DNA from: the human T2T-CHM13v2.0 reference genome, Homo sapiens
Reading direction: 5' to 3' (one strand)
DNA: 64,000 bases
NCBI RefSeq assembly: GCF_009914755.1
Contig: NC_060933.1
The notes beneath the pieces were generated by a model, which saw nothing but the letters and a program-made list of their open reading frames with translations, was not told where the DNA came from and searched no databases. Each line of letters opens with the position of its first letter. Positions within the stretch are counted from its first letter, which is position 1. The position numbers and the translations under genes are program-made. This document shows, piece by piece, positions 25,330-41,480 of this stretch.

Positions 25330-28300
25330 TTATTTTTAATTCCAATAGCTTTAGTGATACAAGTGGATCTTGGTTACATGGATGAATTGTACAGTGGTGA
25401 AATCTGGGCTTTTAATGTACTCATTCCCCATTAGGGTACATTGTACTCGAGAGGTAGTAGTTCACTCACCTCAAACCCTCCTCCTTTCTGAGTCTTCACG
25501 TTCATTAGACCACTCTGTATGGCTTTGTATTAGGCTTTTCTCATGCTGCTATAAAGACATACCTGGGACTGGGTGTTTTGTGAAGAAAAGAGGTTTAATT
25601 GATTCACAGGCTGTGCAGGAAGCATGGCTGGGGAGGCCTTAGGAAACTGACAATTATAGCAGAAGGTGAAGGGGAAGCAGGCATATCTTTAACATGGATG
25701 GCAGGAGAGTGAAGGATGAAGTACTACACAATTTCTAATAGCCAGATTTCATGAGAACTCTATCACAAGAACAGCAAGGACGAAGTCTGCCACTATGATT
25801 TAATCATCTCCCACCATGCACTCCTCCAACACTGAGAATTACAATTTAACATGAGATTTGGGTGTAGATACAGAACCAAACCGTATCATTCTGGACCTGG
25901 CCTCTCCAAAATCCCATGTCCTTCTGATATTTCAAAACACAATCATGCCTTCCCAATAGTCTCCCAAAGTCTTAACTCATTCCAGCATGAACTTAAAAGT
26001 CCAAGTCCAAAGTGTCATCTGAGATAAGGCAAGTCCCTTCTGCCTATGATCATGTAAAATAAAAAATAAGTTAGTTACCTCCAAGACACAATAGTTACAG
26101 GCATTGGGTAAACAGACCCACTACAAGAGGAAGAAAACAGCCAAAACAAAGGGGCTACTGGCCCCACGCAAGTCTGAAACCTAGCAGGGCAGTCATTACA
26201 TCTTGAAGCTCCAGAAAAACCGCCTTTATCTCCATGTCTCATATCCAGGCCAAACTGATGCAAGAGGTGGGCTCTAAAGCACTTGGACATCTCTGCCCCT
26301 GTGGATCTGTAGAGTACAGCCCCTGTGGCTTCTGTCACAGGCTGGTATTGAGTGCCTGTGGCTTTTCCAGGCACATGGTGCGAGCTGTTGGTGGAGCTAC
26401 CATTCTGGGATCTGGAGAAGAGTGGCCCTCTTCTCACAGCTCCACTAGGCAGTGTCCCAGTGGAAAATTTGTGTGGGGGCTCCAACCCTACATTTCCCCT
26501 CCACATTGCCCTAGTAGAGGTTCTCCATGAGGTCTCTGCCCCTGCAACAGACTACTGTCTGGACATTCAGGCATTTCCATACATCCTCTGAAACCTAGGC
26601 AGAGGCTCCCAAGCCTCTACTCTTGCCCTATGCATATCCACAAGATTAACACCACACATGGAAGCCACCAAGGCTTTGAGCTTATACCCTCTGAAGCAAC
26701 AGCCTGATCTGTACCTTGGCCTCTTAGCCATGGCTAGAGCTGGAGTAGCTACAATGCAGGGCACCATGTCCTGAGGCAGCACAGAGCAGCAGGGCCCTGA
26801 GCCTGGCTCAGGAAGCCATTTTCCCCTCCTCAACCTCCACACCTGTGATGGGAGAGGCTGCTTTAAAGGTCTCTGAAATGCCTTAGGGGCATTTTCCCCA
26901 TTGTCTTGGCTATTAACATTCAGTTCATCTTTTGCACATTTCTGCAGCTAGCTTGAATTCCACCCCAGAAAATTTGTAATTTTCTTTTCTACGACACGGC
27001 CAAGCTACAATTTTTTTTTCTACCTCATGGCTAAGCTGCAAAATTTTCAAACTCTGATGCTCTGTTTCTTATTTAAATATAAGTTCCAGTTTCAGATAAT
27101 TTCCTTGCTCATGAATATAAGTTTATGCTGTTAGAAGCAGCCAGGCCATTCTTGAACACTTTGATGTTTAGAAATTTCTTCCGCCAGATACCCTAAATCA
27201 TCTCTGTTAAGTTCAAAGTTCTACAGATCCCTAGACCAGGGGAACAAAGCTGCCAGTCTTTTTACTAAAGCATAGAAAGAGTGACCTTTACTCTAGTTCC
27301 CAATAAGTTACTCATCTCCATCTGAGACCACCTCAGCCTGGACTTCATTTTCCATATCACTATCTGCATTTTGGGCAAAACTGTTTAATAATTCTCTATG
27401 AAGTTCCAAGCTTTCCCACATCTTCCTGTCTTCTGAGCCATCCAAACTCTTCTAACTTCTGCCCATTACCCAGTTCTAAAGTTGCTTCCACTTTTTCAGC
27501 TATCTTTATAGCAATGCCTAATTCTCTGGTACCAATTTTCTGTGTTAGTGTGTTCTCTCACTGCCATGAAGACATACCTGAGACTGGGTAATTTATGAAG
27601 AAAATAGGCTTAATTAACTCACAGTTCTCCAGGCTATATGGGAAGCATGGCTGGAGATGCTTTAGGAAACTCACAACCATGGTGGAAGGCAAAGGGGAAG
27701 CAGGCACATCTTCACATGGCCAGCAAAAGAGAAAGAAAGAATGAAGGAGGAAGTGCTACTCACTTTCAAAGAACCAGATATCATGAGAACTCTGACATGA
27801 GAACAGCAAGAGGAAGTCTTCCACCTTGCATCAATCATCTCCCACCAGGCCCCTCCTCCAACACTGGAATTACAATTTGACATGAGACCTGAGTGGAAAC
27901 ACGGAGCCAAACCATATCACGTACGCATAACTTAGCTTCCACTTAAAAATAAGAACATGCTAATTTGTGGTTTCAGTCCTGATTTACTTAGAATAATGGC
28001 TTTTGGTTCCATCAAAGTTGCTATAAAAAAAACAGAAACATTATTTTTCCTATTTTATAGCTGAGTAATATTCCATTGTGTTTGTGTGTGTATACACAAA
28101 AATATACCACATTTTCTTTATCCACTTTCTGGTTGATGGACATGTAGGTTATTTCCATATATTTACAATTATAAATTGTGCTGGAGTAGATATACACCTG
28201 CATATATCTTTTTATATGGTTTCTTTTCTTTTGGGTAGGTAGCCAGTATTGGGATTGCTAGATCAAATGGTGTATCTGCTTTAAGTTCTTTGAGAAATCA

Positions 28301-28395
28301 CTACACTGTTTTTCATAAAGGTTAGGCTAACTTACATTTCCATCAGCAGTGTATTACCATTCCCTTTTCACCACATCTGTACCAATACCTATTTT
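25330..28395 (-). mobile_element. L1MA/L1PB 3' fragment (25330-25525 and 27920-28395) interrupted by THE1D
   Basis: L1 3'UTR text continues across the MaLR: 'cactctgtatggctt' ... 'cgtacgcataacttagcttccactta'. Confidence 0.8.
25526..27919 (-). mobile_element. Full-length MaLR THE1D-like element (LTR 25526-25888, internal 25889-27540, LTR 27541-27919)
   Basis: Both LTRs read 'tgt(a/g)ttag...gaagcatggctgg...ccaaacc(a/g)tatca'; typical THE1-int between them. Confidence 0.9.
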
Positions 28396-28794
28396 TTGTT
28401 GTTGTTGTCTTTTTTGTTGTTTTTACAGGCATGGAAAACTGTACTCAGACCTGTCATTCTAATGCATGCTCAAGCCTCCATTTGCTACAATGTGACTAGA
28501 TTTGCAACCCTGTGTGCCCTAAATGGTAATGAGAATGGTAGGGGTGAAGAAAAAACTGTACTTTTGATCCTGTCCTTACCCTCTCTCTAGCTGTTCTGCC
28601 CTCTCTGTGTCTCAAAACACTCCCAACCCTCTTCCCTCCAGACTCTTGAAAATTGGCTAATAAAATCACATTTCAAAGGTCACAAAAGTAAACAGAACTG
28701 ATATCCATGGTTAAATATTCCCTTTATTAGTAACATTCGAATTTTTAAAACCTCTTCTTATTGCTGCCTCTCCTAATTCCCTCCTATTCCCTCT

Positions 28795-31420
28795 TTGTTT
28801 TAATTTTTAATTTTTGTGGGTATATAGTAGGTTTGTATATTTATGAGATACCTGAGATATTTTGATAAAGGCATGCAATGTGTAATAATCACATCATGAA
28901 AAATGGGATATCCATTCCTTCAAGCATTTATCCTTTGTATATATATACATTATAGATAATCCAATTATACCCTTTCAGTTATTTTAAAATGTAAAATTAA
29001 ATCATTATTGACCACAGTCACCCTGTGGTGCTATCAAATACTAGGTCTTATTCATTCTTTTTAAATATTTTTTATATCCATTAACCATCTATGCCTCTCC
29101 CTTCCTCCCCATCCCCACTGCCCTTCCCATCTTCTGGTAACCATCCTTCTACTCTCCATCTCCATGAGTTCCATCCTTTTGATTTTTAGATCCCACAAAT
29201 AAGTGAGAACATGCAGTATTTGTCTTTCTGTACCTGGCTTATTTCCCTTAGCATAATGCCCTCCAGTTCCATCCATGTTATTGCATATAACAGGATCCCA
29301 TTCTTTTTTGTGCTTAAATAAAACCCCATTGTGTATATGGATCACATTTTCCTTATCCATTCATCTGTTAGTAAACACTTAGGTTACTTCCAAACCTTAG
29401 CTATTGTAAACAGTGCTGTAACAAACATGGGAATGCAGATATCTCTTTAATATACTGATTTCCTTTCTTTGCTGTGTATACCCAGCAGTGGGATTGCTGG
29501 ATCATATGCTAGTTCTATTTTTAGTTTTTTGAGGAACCTCCAAACTGCTCTCTATACTGGTTGTACTAATTTACATTCATACCAACAGTGTACAAGTATT
29601 CACTTTCCTCCACATCCTCGCCAGCATTTATTATTGCTTATCTTTGGATATAAGCCATTTTAACTGGGGTGATGATATATCATTGTAACTAATGATTTGC
29701 ATTTCTCTGATTTTTAATGATGTTGAGCACCTTTTCATATACCTGTTTACCATTTGTAAGTATTCTTTTGAGAAATGTGTATTCAAATCTTTTGCCCATT
29801 TTTAAATCAGATTGTTATTTTTTATAGAGTTGTTTGAGCTCCTTATATATTCTGGTTATTAATCCTTTGTCAGATTGGTAGTTTACAAATATTTTCACTC
29901 ATTCTGTGGGTTGTCTCTCTACATTAGTTCCTGTTTTCTGTGCAGAGGATTTTTAACTTGACGTATTCCCATTTGTTCATTTTTGTTTTGGTTGCCTGTG
30001 CTTGTGGGGTTTTACTCAAGACATTTTTGCTCAGACTAATATCCTGAAGAGTTTCCACAGCATTTTCTTGTGGTAGTTTCATAGTTGGAGGTATGAGATT
30101 TAAGTCTTTAATCCATTTTAAAATTTTATGTTTGCATATGTTGAGAGAGAGGGGTCTTGTTTCTTTCTTCTGCAAATGGATATCCAGTTTTCCCAGCATA
30201 ATTTATTTTATTTTTATTTTTATGTTAATAGTTTTTCATGTACAGGTGGTTTTTGATTGCATGGATAAGTTTTTAGTGATGATTTCTGAGATTTTAGTAT
30301 ATCCATCACAAGAGAAGTGTACACTGTACCCAATATGTAGTCTTTTATCCCTCATCTTCCTCCCAATATTCCCCAAGTCCCCAAAGTCCATTATGTCATT
30401 ATTGTGCCTTTGCATCATCATAGCTTAGATCCCACTTATAAGTGAGAATATATAATATTTGATTTTCGATTACTGAGTTACTTCACTTAGAATAATGGCC
30501 TCTAGTTCCATCCAAGTTGCTACAAAAGACATTATTTCATTTCTTTTTATGGCTGAGTGGTATTCCATGGTGTGTATATACCACATTTTCTTTATTCACT
30601 CATTGATTTATGGGCACATAGGTTGGTATCACATCTTTGCAACTGTGAATATCCTAGCACCATTTATTGAAAAGACCATCTTTTCCTCAATGTATTTGCT
30701 TGGCACCTTTGTCAATGATGAGTTCACTATAAATGTGTAGATTTGTTTCTGGGTTCTCTATTCTGGTCCATTGGTCCGTGTGTCCGTTTTAATGCCAGTA
30801 CCATGTTGTTTGGGTTACTATAGCTCTGTAGTATAATTTGAAGTCAGTTAATGTGATTGCTTTAGTTTTGTTCTTTTTGCTAAGAACAGCTTTGGCTATT
30901 CTGGGTCTTCTGTGGTTTCATATAAATTTTAGGATTGTTTTTTCTATTTGTGTAAAGAATATCATTGGTATTTTGATAGGGATTGCATTGGATCTATAGA
31001 TTTCCTTGTAGTATGAATGTTTTGACAGTACCGATTCTTTCAATCCATGAACATGGAACATCTTTCCATTCCTTGGTGTCCTCTTCAATTTCTATCATTG
31101 ATGTTTTATAGTTTTTATTGTAGAAATATTTTGTTTCTTATTTATTTCCTAGCTATTTTATGTGTGGCAATTATAAATGGGATTTTTTTTATTTCTTTTT
31201 CAGATTATCCACTGTTGGCATATAGAAATGCTACTGATTTTTGTATGTTCATTTTGTTTACTGAATTTGTTTATCAGTTCTACTAGGTTTTTTTATTTTG
31301 GTACAGTTTTTAGGTTTTTCCAAATATAAGATCATATTACCTGCAAAAAAGGATAATTTGACTTATTCCTTTCCAATTTGGATGGCCTTTATTTCTTTCT
31401 CGTCTGATTGTTCTAGCTAG
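28795..31420 (-). mobile_element. L1MA 3' part (ORF2 end and 3'UTR), interrupted by a nested L1
   Basis: Antisense L1 sequence; ORF fragments LKWIKDLN, KTKMNKWEYVKLK. Confidence 0.9.
30209..30651 (-). mobile_element. L1PB-like 3' end nested in L1MA
   Basis: Second L1 3' end; TSD-like 'tcccagcataatttatt' / 'tcctagcaccatttatt'. Confidence 0.8.
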
Positions 31421-33819
31421 AACTATAAATAATGTATCATTCTTTCTATATCTAGTGAGAAATGACAATGGGTCTTTTCATTCTGTGCATTTGTCTGTCT
31501 ATGAACACTAGATCAGGATCTCTCAGAGCCTATATTATTTACTGCTTATAGACGCATGTCTGCAAGGTACATACACCATTTTTGGGCAGGATACTATCTA
31601 TTATTTTGCTACTATATCAGGCAGAGCTATACCATAATGAGGCAAAAGAGTTAATCTACATCCCTTACAGCACTTGAGATATTTATATCCTAGGAAATTA
31701 TGGCTCCTTTTTATTACATTTGTTTTTACTTTGTGATTGCTTCTGTTAGCTATTCCCTATCTTTGGCTGGTTATTTCACAGGAAGCAAACCATACCGAGT
31801 AATTTTAGTAATGTTATTATTTATTTAAATAAAATTAGTAATTTTATTAAAGGAATAACTGAAAGTTAGTGTCTAGTCCATTAGGATTTTCTCCTCTTTA
31901 AATTATTCTATATTTTTTCTAATTTAACCAAAATGTGACAGTACCTTCACCAGACACTACATTAAATTTGGGTTCCTTTGAAATATGAGTTTACTTTGTT
32001 GCCTTTTGCTTAGAAAAAATAACTATTGGCAATGGCATTCCATTTTTCACAGGCAGAAATAAAAAGCTCATATGAATGAAGTGCTTGGGAATTGCCAGAC
32101 CCTGTTCTGGGTACCTGCCCTATGTTATCTGCACTGATTTTTAAAACAAAACTATGAAGTTGGCATCACTATCTTTTCAAATTACTTCATTTTACCAAGG
32201 CAAGTTTGATGTTTTGCCAAAACTAAAGGAGAAAGTGATACAATAAATAGTGGAACTCAGATTAAAGAATTAAATGTAGTACTTAAATCATATAAAACCC
32301 TTGCCTTTGTTTTTGGAGTAGAGATCTGGTAAACAAAACAAAACCAAAGTAAAAAACCTAGCAACTGTTGTATTTTAAGATCTTCTACGAGTCAAAGTGG
32401 ATCTGTTGTTTTTTTCAAAATGCATTTGGCCTGACAATTTCTGTCAAGTTTCAGGATGGTGAAAATTAAAATGTCCTAAATTAAAAACTGCTCAAAAATT
32501 TGGTCCAGTAATGGAAATAGCAGTTCAGCTAAAATATATATTGACAAAGCTAGGTCATGCTATGGTGTTACTGGTGCAGAAACTGCAACTGACTGAAACA
32601 TTTTGAAGCATTTCAATTCTACACTCAGAAATTGTTTTCCCCCATTTATTTGATTTGTAAGATGAGGCTGTGTTTTGGAAACTCTGAAGATAGGCACAAC
32701 GATTTATACATATTTTCAAACAATGTGTAGGATTTAATTAGGTAATATATTTCCCTTGTTTTCTAGAAGCCAGACACCATTATGTTTCTCTGCATTCGCA
32801 ACTACATTGAATGAAAATTGCATATATTTGACTTTTATGAGAAAGAGAAACATTTTTGAATAGCTCTGTTATCTTCTGTGTAGACACATGGCTGCTAGGC
32901 TGTAAACTAATTAGCATGGGCAGGAGATACCAGAGAATAGTTTGTCCCAGAAGCTGATAAGAAGACACTATAGAGACTCAGAAATAACACCAAGTGATCT
33001 CTCTGTCCCCTGCTCAAAAGTGATAATGCTAATACCAGTTTATTAAAATTTGTAATCTAATATGCTCTGCTAATTTCCTCTTGGGGATAGTACTCATATT
33101 AAAAGAGTTGCTTATTTTACATGTATTCAAAAACAGACGCAATGAATGCTTGCAAGCTAAGTTTTAAGATTTTCGGTTCTTATCTTTACTATCAGATCTG
33201 ACCAGTTTTGAGGGAGGAAATTTGAGCATGTAAAACCATCGTATTTTCAAATTGATTGTTTTCAAGCCTTTAATTAAATCAGTATGCTTTTTGTAGTGTT
33301 CTAAGCTCAAACTACCGAAAAATAGTGGAACAACTCATCAGCTGAGCAGGATTATAAATAGGCCTACTAGTTAGCAAAACAGTATTAAATAAAGTAGTAA
33401 GCAGCATCATTTATTTCTGTTAATTAAAAACAACAACAACAACACCACGAAACTACAGTTGTATTTATAGAGCAAGCAATGAATATGGAGAATCCACAGT
33501 GAGCATGATAGAGAAGAGAGATCAAAGTTTTAGAGTGAAAGAAAATAGGATCTGAATCCTGGCTTTGATACATTCTGAGTAACATTGGTCAAACAATTTC
33601 TCTGAGCAGCACTTTCTTTACTGCAAAACAAAGATAATGAGGCCTAATTCAAAATTGTCATGTGCCTCTAGCTCAAAAAAATACTCAATAAATATTAGCA
33701 TTTTCCTCTCTTATCAAAGTCCCTTAAAATTTTATCTACAAAGAAATGTAAAATAATGAAGTGAGTAAATAATACACCAACCCCAAATGTGTATATGTTT
33801 AAAATTATTTGTCCGTTTT

Positions 33820-34826
<1,007 letters not shown>

Positions 34827-35144
34827 TATTTTTCTTTAAAATAGAAAATTGGTGGGGTGGCAGGGGGTTGGAAATAAGCTTAATTTAAAAAGTTATTCAA
34901 CTACTGCAGTTTTATGATAGGCTGATCTAGAATTTCATGCTGGAGGAATTTCAGGGATTATTTGATTGAAAGCTTTACTTTACAAAGAGTAAAACATAGC
35001 CTGAAAGTTTTGTGATTTGCCCCAAATCACACAGCTTATAAGTTTTAAAGCTAAGAATCAAAGCTTCTTTTTCTAAACTCAAGTTTAGTGGGTATTTTTA
35101 GTTTTGTTTTGGTTTTTTGTTTGTCTGTTTTCATGTCCCTAGAC

Positions 35145-35365
35145 CAGGGATCAGCAAACTATTTCTATATAGGGTTTGATAGTAAATTGTTTAGGCCTAG
35201 CTGGGTGCATAGGGTTTCTGTCACATATTCTTGGTTTTCCTTTAAGCTCTTTAAAACTGTAAAGCCCCTCTTAGCTCTAGGGCCATATTAAAAGAGACTA
35301 TGAAGTAAATTTAGCTCAGGTAGGGCAATAGGGGAAGGGAGCAGGGCATAGTTTTCCTACTTCTT
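35145..35365 (+). mobile_element. MER58C-like DNA transposon
   Basis: 'cagggatcagcaaactatttct...agtaaattgtttaggc...cttagctctagggccat'. Confidence 0.65.
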
Positions 35366-36222
35366 CCCTACACTATTGGTTGTCTTTAATCCACTAAAGC
35401 TCTTCACTGTGAAGCACAAGTTTAAAAAAATGTAAGAAAATTACATATTGCAGTTGGCTATTCATGCCACAAATTACTCGTGGCCTAGTTAGGGTTGCCA
35501 TATTTTGCAAATAAAAATTAAGAACACAGGGCAAAACTTGCAGCCAGGACAAGACAGTGTAGACTCATTTATCTTTTCTCCTTACTTCTGAGAACAACTA
35601 TAAACTCTGGAAACAGAGCAAGAGACAACCAAAGGAGAACTATGAGAGGTGCTAAGAAAAGGCGAAACTGTTTTGACCCCAGCTGAAAAAATAACACAGC
35701 AGGAGAGTGTATTAAGTTCCCAACCCAACAGAAGAAAGTGACCCAGATCTAGAAACCTTCTCTGGCCTCCAACCCAGCAAAAGAAGTCATCCCAGGTAGG
35801 CTTATTCCTCTCCTGGATGGAATGGAAGCTCCTCTGACATCAGGCTAGCCTGCCACCACTGGTAAAGGGAACGAATGTGTAGCCCAGTCAATGATAAATG
35901 GTCAAAGCCTGAAACATCCCATCCTCCCAGAGAGATACAGAGGCTGGCACGCAGAACCATCAAGAGAAACCCAGCCACAACAGGTAGTCAGTCCCAGAAA
36001 GCTACATGTCCCCACAGGCCTGAGACTTTCCTGAAAGACATCTGTGGCCCTTCCTGGGGAAATCACTTTTATCACTCAGGCTATATCAGCAGGGACCAGT
36101 GAAAGTTCCTGTGGCACCAGAGAAACAAACCAAACCAAAATAATAACATAAATTCTCAAAAAATTAAAATGTCATTGGAACCACAGCCTATGGACTTAGG
36201 CCAGAACCTGTTGCTAAAACTA

Positions 36223-36538
<316 letters not shown>

Positions 36539-37357
36539 AGAATAAGTGCCCGCTAAAATAAAAGATTTAAATACATCTCAAAATTTCCTAACATAATAGA
36601 CAAAATATCTAAGATACAATAGAAAATCACCTGTCATACAAAGAACCAAGAAAATCACAACTTGCATTATAAAAAGACAATCAATTGATATGAACACTGA
36701 TGCACCAGATGTTCTAATTATCTGACAAGGATTTTAAAGAAGCTGTCATACAAATGCTTCAACAATCAATTACAAATTCTCATACAAAGGACAAAACAGA
36801 AAACTTTCAGTAAAAAAAGAAGTTATTAAAAAACCAAATAGATATTAGATAATTGAAATACGGAAATAAAAAATTCCTTGGTAGACGCAATAGTAGAGTG
36901 AAGATGAAAGAGAACAGATTGGTTAACTTGAGAAAAGTAAATAGAATTAATACAACCTGAATAATGGAAAGAAAATTGAAATGAAATAAATAATCAGAGC
37001 CTTAGTTATCTGTGTGATAGTAACAGAGTCTCCGATATCTGTGCGACAGTAACAAGAGATCCAAAAGTCATATTATTATAATCTCAGAAGGAGAGACGAA
37101 AGAATAGAATGAAAGAGTAATCAAAAAATTAATGCAATAGACTTCCAAATTTGATGAAAGGCACAAACCTACAGATTCAAGAAGCTCATCAACCTCAAAA
37201 CAAGATAAGCCCCCCGCCCCGCCCCAAACATACACTAAGACACATCATAATTAAACTTCTGAAAAATAAAGATAAGAAAACACATGGAAAGCATCCAGAG
37301 AGAAACAGTTCATTATCTTTAAGGAACACCAAATAATAGATTTCTCATCTGAAATCA

Positions 37358-37693
<336 letters not shown>

Positions 37694-39107
37694 TTGCAAG
37701 TGCTAACAGGAAAAAAACTGTTAAAGGTAAATTTTATATCTGGCAAAACTATCTTCTAGAAAGTAATAAAAAATAAATATTTTCAGACAAAGAAAATCTA
37801 ACAAAATTGGTAGCTGGCAGATCTATTCTTAAAAATTGGCTAAAATAATTTTATGAAACAGTACGAAAATGATATAAAGAATCTTGCAGTATCAGGAAAA
37901 ATATAAAACAACAGAAAGAACTGTGGCTACGTACCATTGACTATTGTTTCTTCATGAGTTTTAGCACTACAATACTGAAGACAAAGGTACTTACAAGTGA
38001 TGAAGGTAGATAATAGTAAATTAAAGTAAGTATTCTAAACTTCACACAAATTCATGAAATGTTAATATTGATAGACTGTACAAGTCATATATATAAATGC
38101 CCATAGCCACCACAACCAAAACTACACAACGTGATTCATAATACAATCAAATGTACTGTAAATAAATCAAGATGCAATATTAAAAAAATTCAAGTAACTC
38201 AAAAAAAAAGCAAGGAGAGAGACAATAGTGAGAACCAGAGGAAACAATACATAAGAAATAATAACAACACTATAAAGATCCCTTGTGCTGTCCTTTTATG
38301 ACTATGCAATTGCTGTTTGTATTTGATCTTGTATCCTTTGCCTTTGCTGGACTCACTTACTACTTTTAGGTATTTTTATTTGTTTTATTCCTTGGGGATT
38401 TTCTACACAGGATGTCATCTGTAAACAGACAATTTAATTTGATCCTTTCCAGTTTCCAATGCCTTTTATTATTTTTTTCATATCTTATTGCCTGGCTAGA
38501 GCTTCCAGTACACAGTAATGTGTAAAACTTGTCTGAGACATCCTCTTTTTTTGCTGTGAAGGCCCTATCATCTGCTTTTAGCTACCAAGATCCAAAATTC
38601 TAAGTATGCTTAAAGTAAAAGTTAAACATTCCATTTTTTTCACAGAAGGCATATAACATTTGTCAGAGACCTATGTTGGCCACATTAGCTTACTGATCTC
38701 TGGACTTGAAATATCTGAACAATTTTGTCCATGAAGAAATGAAAAACTATAAAAATTGCATTTTTGAATGTTAGATGGTGTAACAGGCATCGTTTATTTT
38801 ACTCTTCAAAGTATTCTTTGAGGTAAGCATTATTCCCTCTAATTATTATATATTTATGAACAAGACCTAGTCAACACCATTTACAAAATATTTTTGATCA
38901 CCCATTACGTGTCAGGCACTGTGCAAGGCATTCAGGATACACTGAAAACTAAATAAGTATTGACTCTCTTGAGAATTATAAATTGTAGTGATTGTCTATA
39001 CCAAGGAAGGTAGGTCATTAAAGGAATAATTACTGAAAATTTTAACACGAGTCTATATTAATAAGTACTGCATGCAATGACAGTTCCAAATAAGACTGCC
39101 TAACCAG

Positions 39108-39582
39108 TTTTTAAAAATTTATTTTATTGTATAAAGTATACAGGATGTTTATATATATATATATATTTGAAATGATTACTGTAGTTAAATTTACATATTC
39201 ATCACCTTCTATAGTTACCTTTCTGTGTTTATGTGTTGAGAGCACCTAAAACCTTTGTTTAGAAAATTTTCAATGTACAATAAAATATTAATAGCTGTAG
39301 TCCTTATGCTTTACATTAGAGGTCCAGACTTATTGATCCTATCTAACTGCAAATTTGCCAGCTTTTGACCTACTTCTCCCCATTTCCTCACCCTCCCTAT
39401 CTCTGTTAGCCACCGTTCTACTCTGTTTCTATTTATTTGACATTAGTTTTTAGATTCTGCATATAACTTAGATCATACAGTATTTTTCTTTCTCTGTCTG
39501 TCCTATTTCATTTAGCATAATGTTCATCCATGTTGTCATAAATAGCAATATCTCATTTTTGAAGGCTTAATATTTCATTATA

Positions 39583-39629
<47 letters not shown>

Positions 39630-40200
39630 TTGTATGTGTATATATGGCTATACATATATATATCACAATTTTTTTATCCATTCATCTGTCATTTGACACT
39701 AAGGTTGTTTTAATATTTTTAGCTGTTATAGATAATACTACAATGAACATGGGAGTGTAGATATCTCTATGAGGTGCTGGTTTTATTTCCTTTAGGTATG
39801 TAAGTAAGTAACCAACACTAGGGATTATTGAGTCATATGGTAGTTCTACCTTTAATTATTTAAGGAACCTCCATACCACTTTCCTAATGGTTGTACTATT
39901 TTACATTCTCATCAACAGTGTACAAGGGTCCCCTTTTCTCCATGCTCTGCCAACACTTATCACATGGTTTTTTGACAATAGCCATTCTAACAGGTGTGAA
40001 GTGACATCTCATTGTGGTGTTAATTTGTATTATCCTGATGATTAGTGATGTTGAGGTATGAGTGATGTTTAATACAGCTGTTGGCTATTTTTATGTTGTC
40101 ATTAGAAAAATGTTTATTCCTGTCTTTTGCCAATTAAAAAAAATTGGGTTATTTCTTTTTCTGCTGTTTATATGTGTTTCTTTGGATAGTATCCATTTTT
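39108..40200 (-). mobile_element. L1MA 3' fragment containing (TA)n at ~39590-39626
   Basis: Antisense L1 3'UTR/ORF2 end. Confidence 0.85.
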
Positions 40201-41348
40201 AATTGCTATTTTATTCCTTTAGGCAAAGTGGCAGAAAAGAAGAGGATACGATTTCAGAAAAGGATACACTAAAGTACTGACAAAGTCAATAATGCACACC
40301 TCTGAAGAATATGTAGAAATTAGTTTTCCACAAAAATAGGCATTTCAACCAGATGATCTGACCATTTGAAAATGGGAGAAAGCAAGGTATATTCAATAAC
40401 TGAAACGTCATAATTAAAATGATTCATTAGGAAGTGGTTGTGGGCAAGTCACACAGGGTTCATCACAAAAGCGTCCTAAGGCATATTACAAACATTTCCA
40501 ATATCCTAAGGAAATGTGTAGCTCCTAGAGAATTTTGAAGAGGAATGGCAAGGAGAGGTTTGTATTTTAAGAAAGGAGGAAAAAAATATTATTATAAAAT
40601 CAAACTAGGTATTAGCAAAACTGCATTCTTCCCTTCATATAGCATCCTTAATATTTCATACAATATTTTAGAAAAAGAATATATCTTTTTCTGGCTTCAG
40701 CTTTAACTTCTTTTTAAAATGGATACTTCTTTGTCTGCATCATAGGCAGTTATGTAATATAATTCTTTTAATATGACTTTGCACTTTCAAAAATATTCAA
40801 ATAATGTAACAAAAATTTAAAGCCATGTAGTGTCTTTCCTAATTCGCAAGTTGGAGGAAAACTTGCTACAATTAATTGGTACCTAAAAATAAGAAAACCA
40901 TGTAATTCTGTTTATTTTTTAAGAAGTTTTAACTTCTTTGAGAGAACAGTCAGTAACACATTTCTTAAAAGTATTGTAAGTAGAAATGTGTGTATTTCTA
41001 TTTAAATGCAATTGTGTTATTTTTTAAAGCTATACATTTAGTAACCATTGCACTAGACAGAGAATTTAGGTTTAATGGAGCTTAACAAATATACTGTCAT
41101 GTAGTATAACTGCAAAGAGTTTAAGAGCATTGACTATTTAAATAAAAACATGAACCCTGAAAAGTAATTTGGTCAGCTCTACAAAGAATTAACTGATTTA
41201 AATCACAAAGTTTTTATAAAACAAATTGCATGTGATAGGCGTGATATTAATAACAATCCTCATGGTATTACTAATTATAATATAAGTTAGCTAAAGCAGT
41301 GCATTCCTCAAATAAAGCCTGTACACTAATTAACTGTTTAATTTGATG

Positions 41349-41480
41349 GAAAAAAGGAAAAAGAAAATCAATATCTTGAATAGATTTGTGCACACTTGCC
41401 TTTTTCTTCTTTGGGTATTTAGAATTTGCTCAGAAGATGTTTATACTAAATTATTATTTCAGGTTTTTTAATCAGTAAAA
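41349..41480. repeat. Dispersed direct repeat, copy 1 (~130 bp)
   Basis: Roughly 80-85% identical by eye to 42892-43020. Confidence 0.9.

Noticed and set aside
26075-26842. Several overlapping ORFs up to 143 aa
   Set aside because: Decayed THE1-int MaLR ORF; same for 50149-51697
35489-35520. MER53-like terminal repeat 'tagggttgcca...gcaaataaaaat'
   Set aside because: Only ~30 bp with no matching other end; not enough to call
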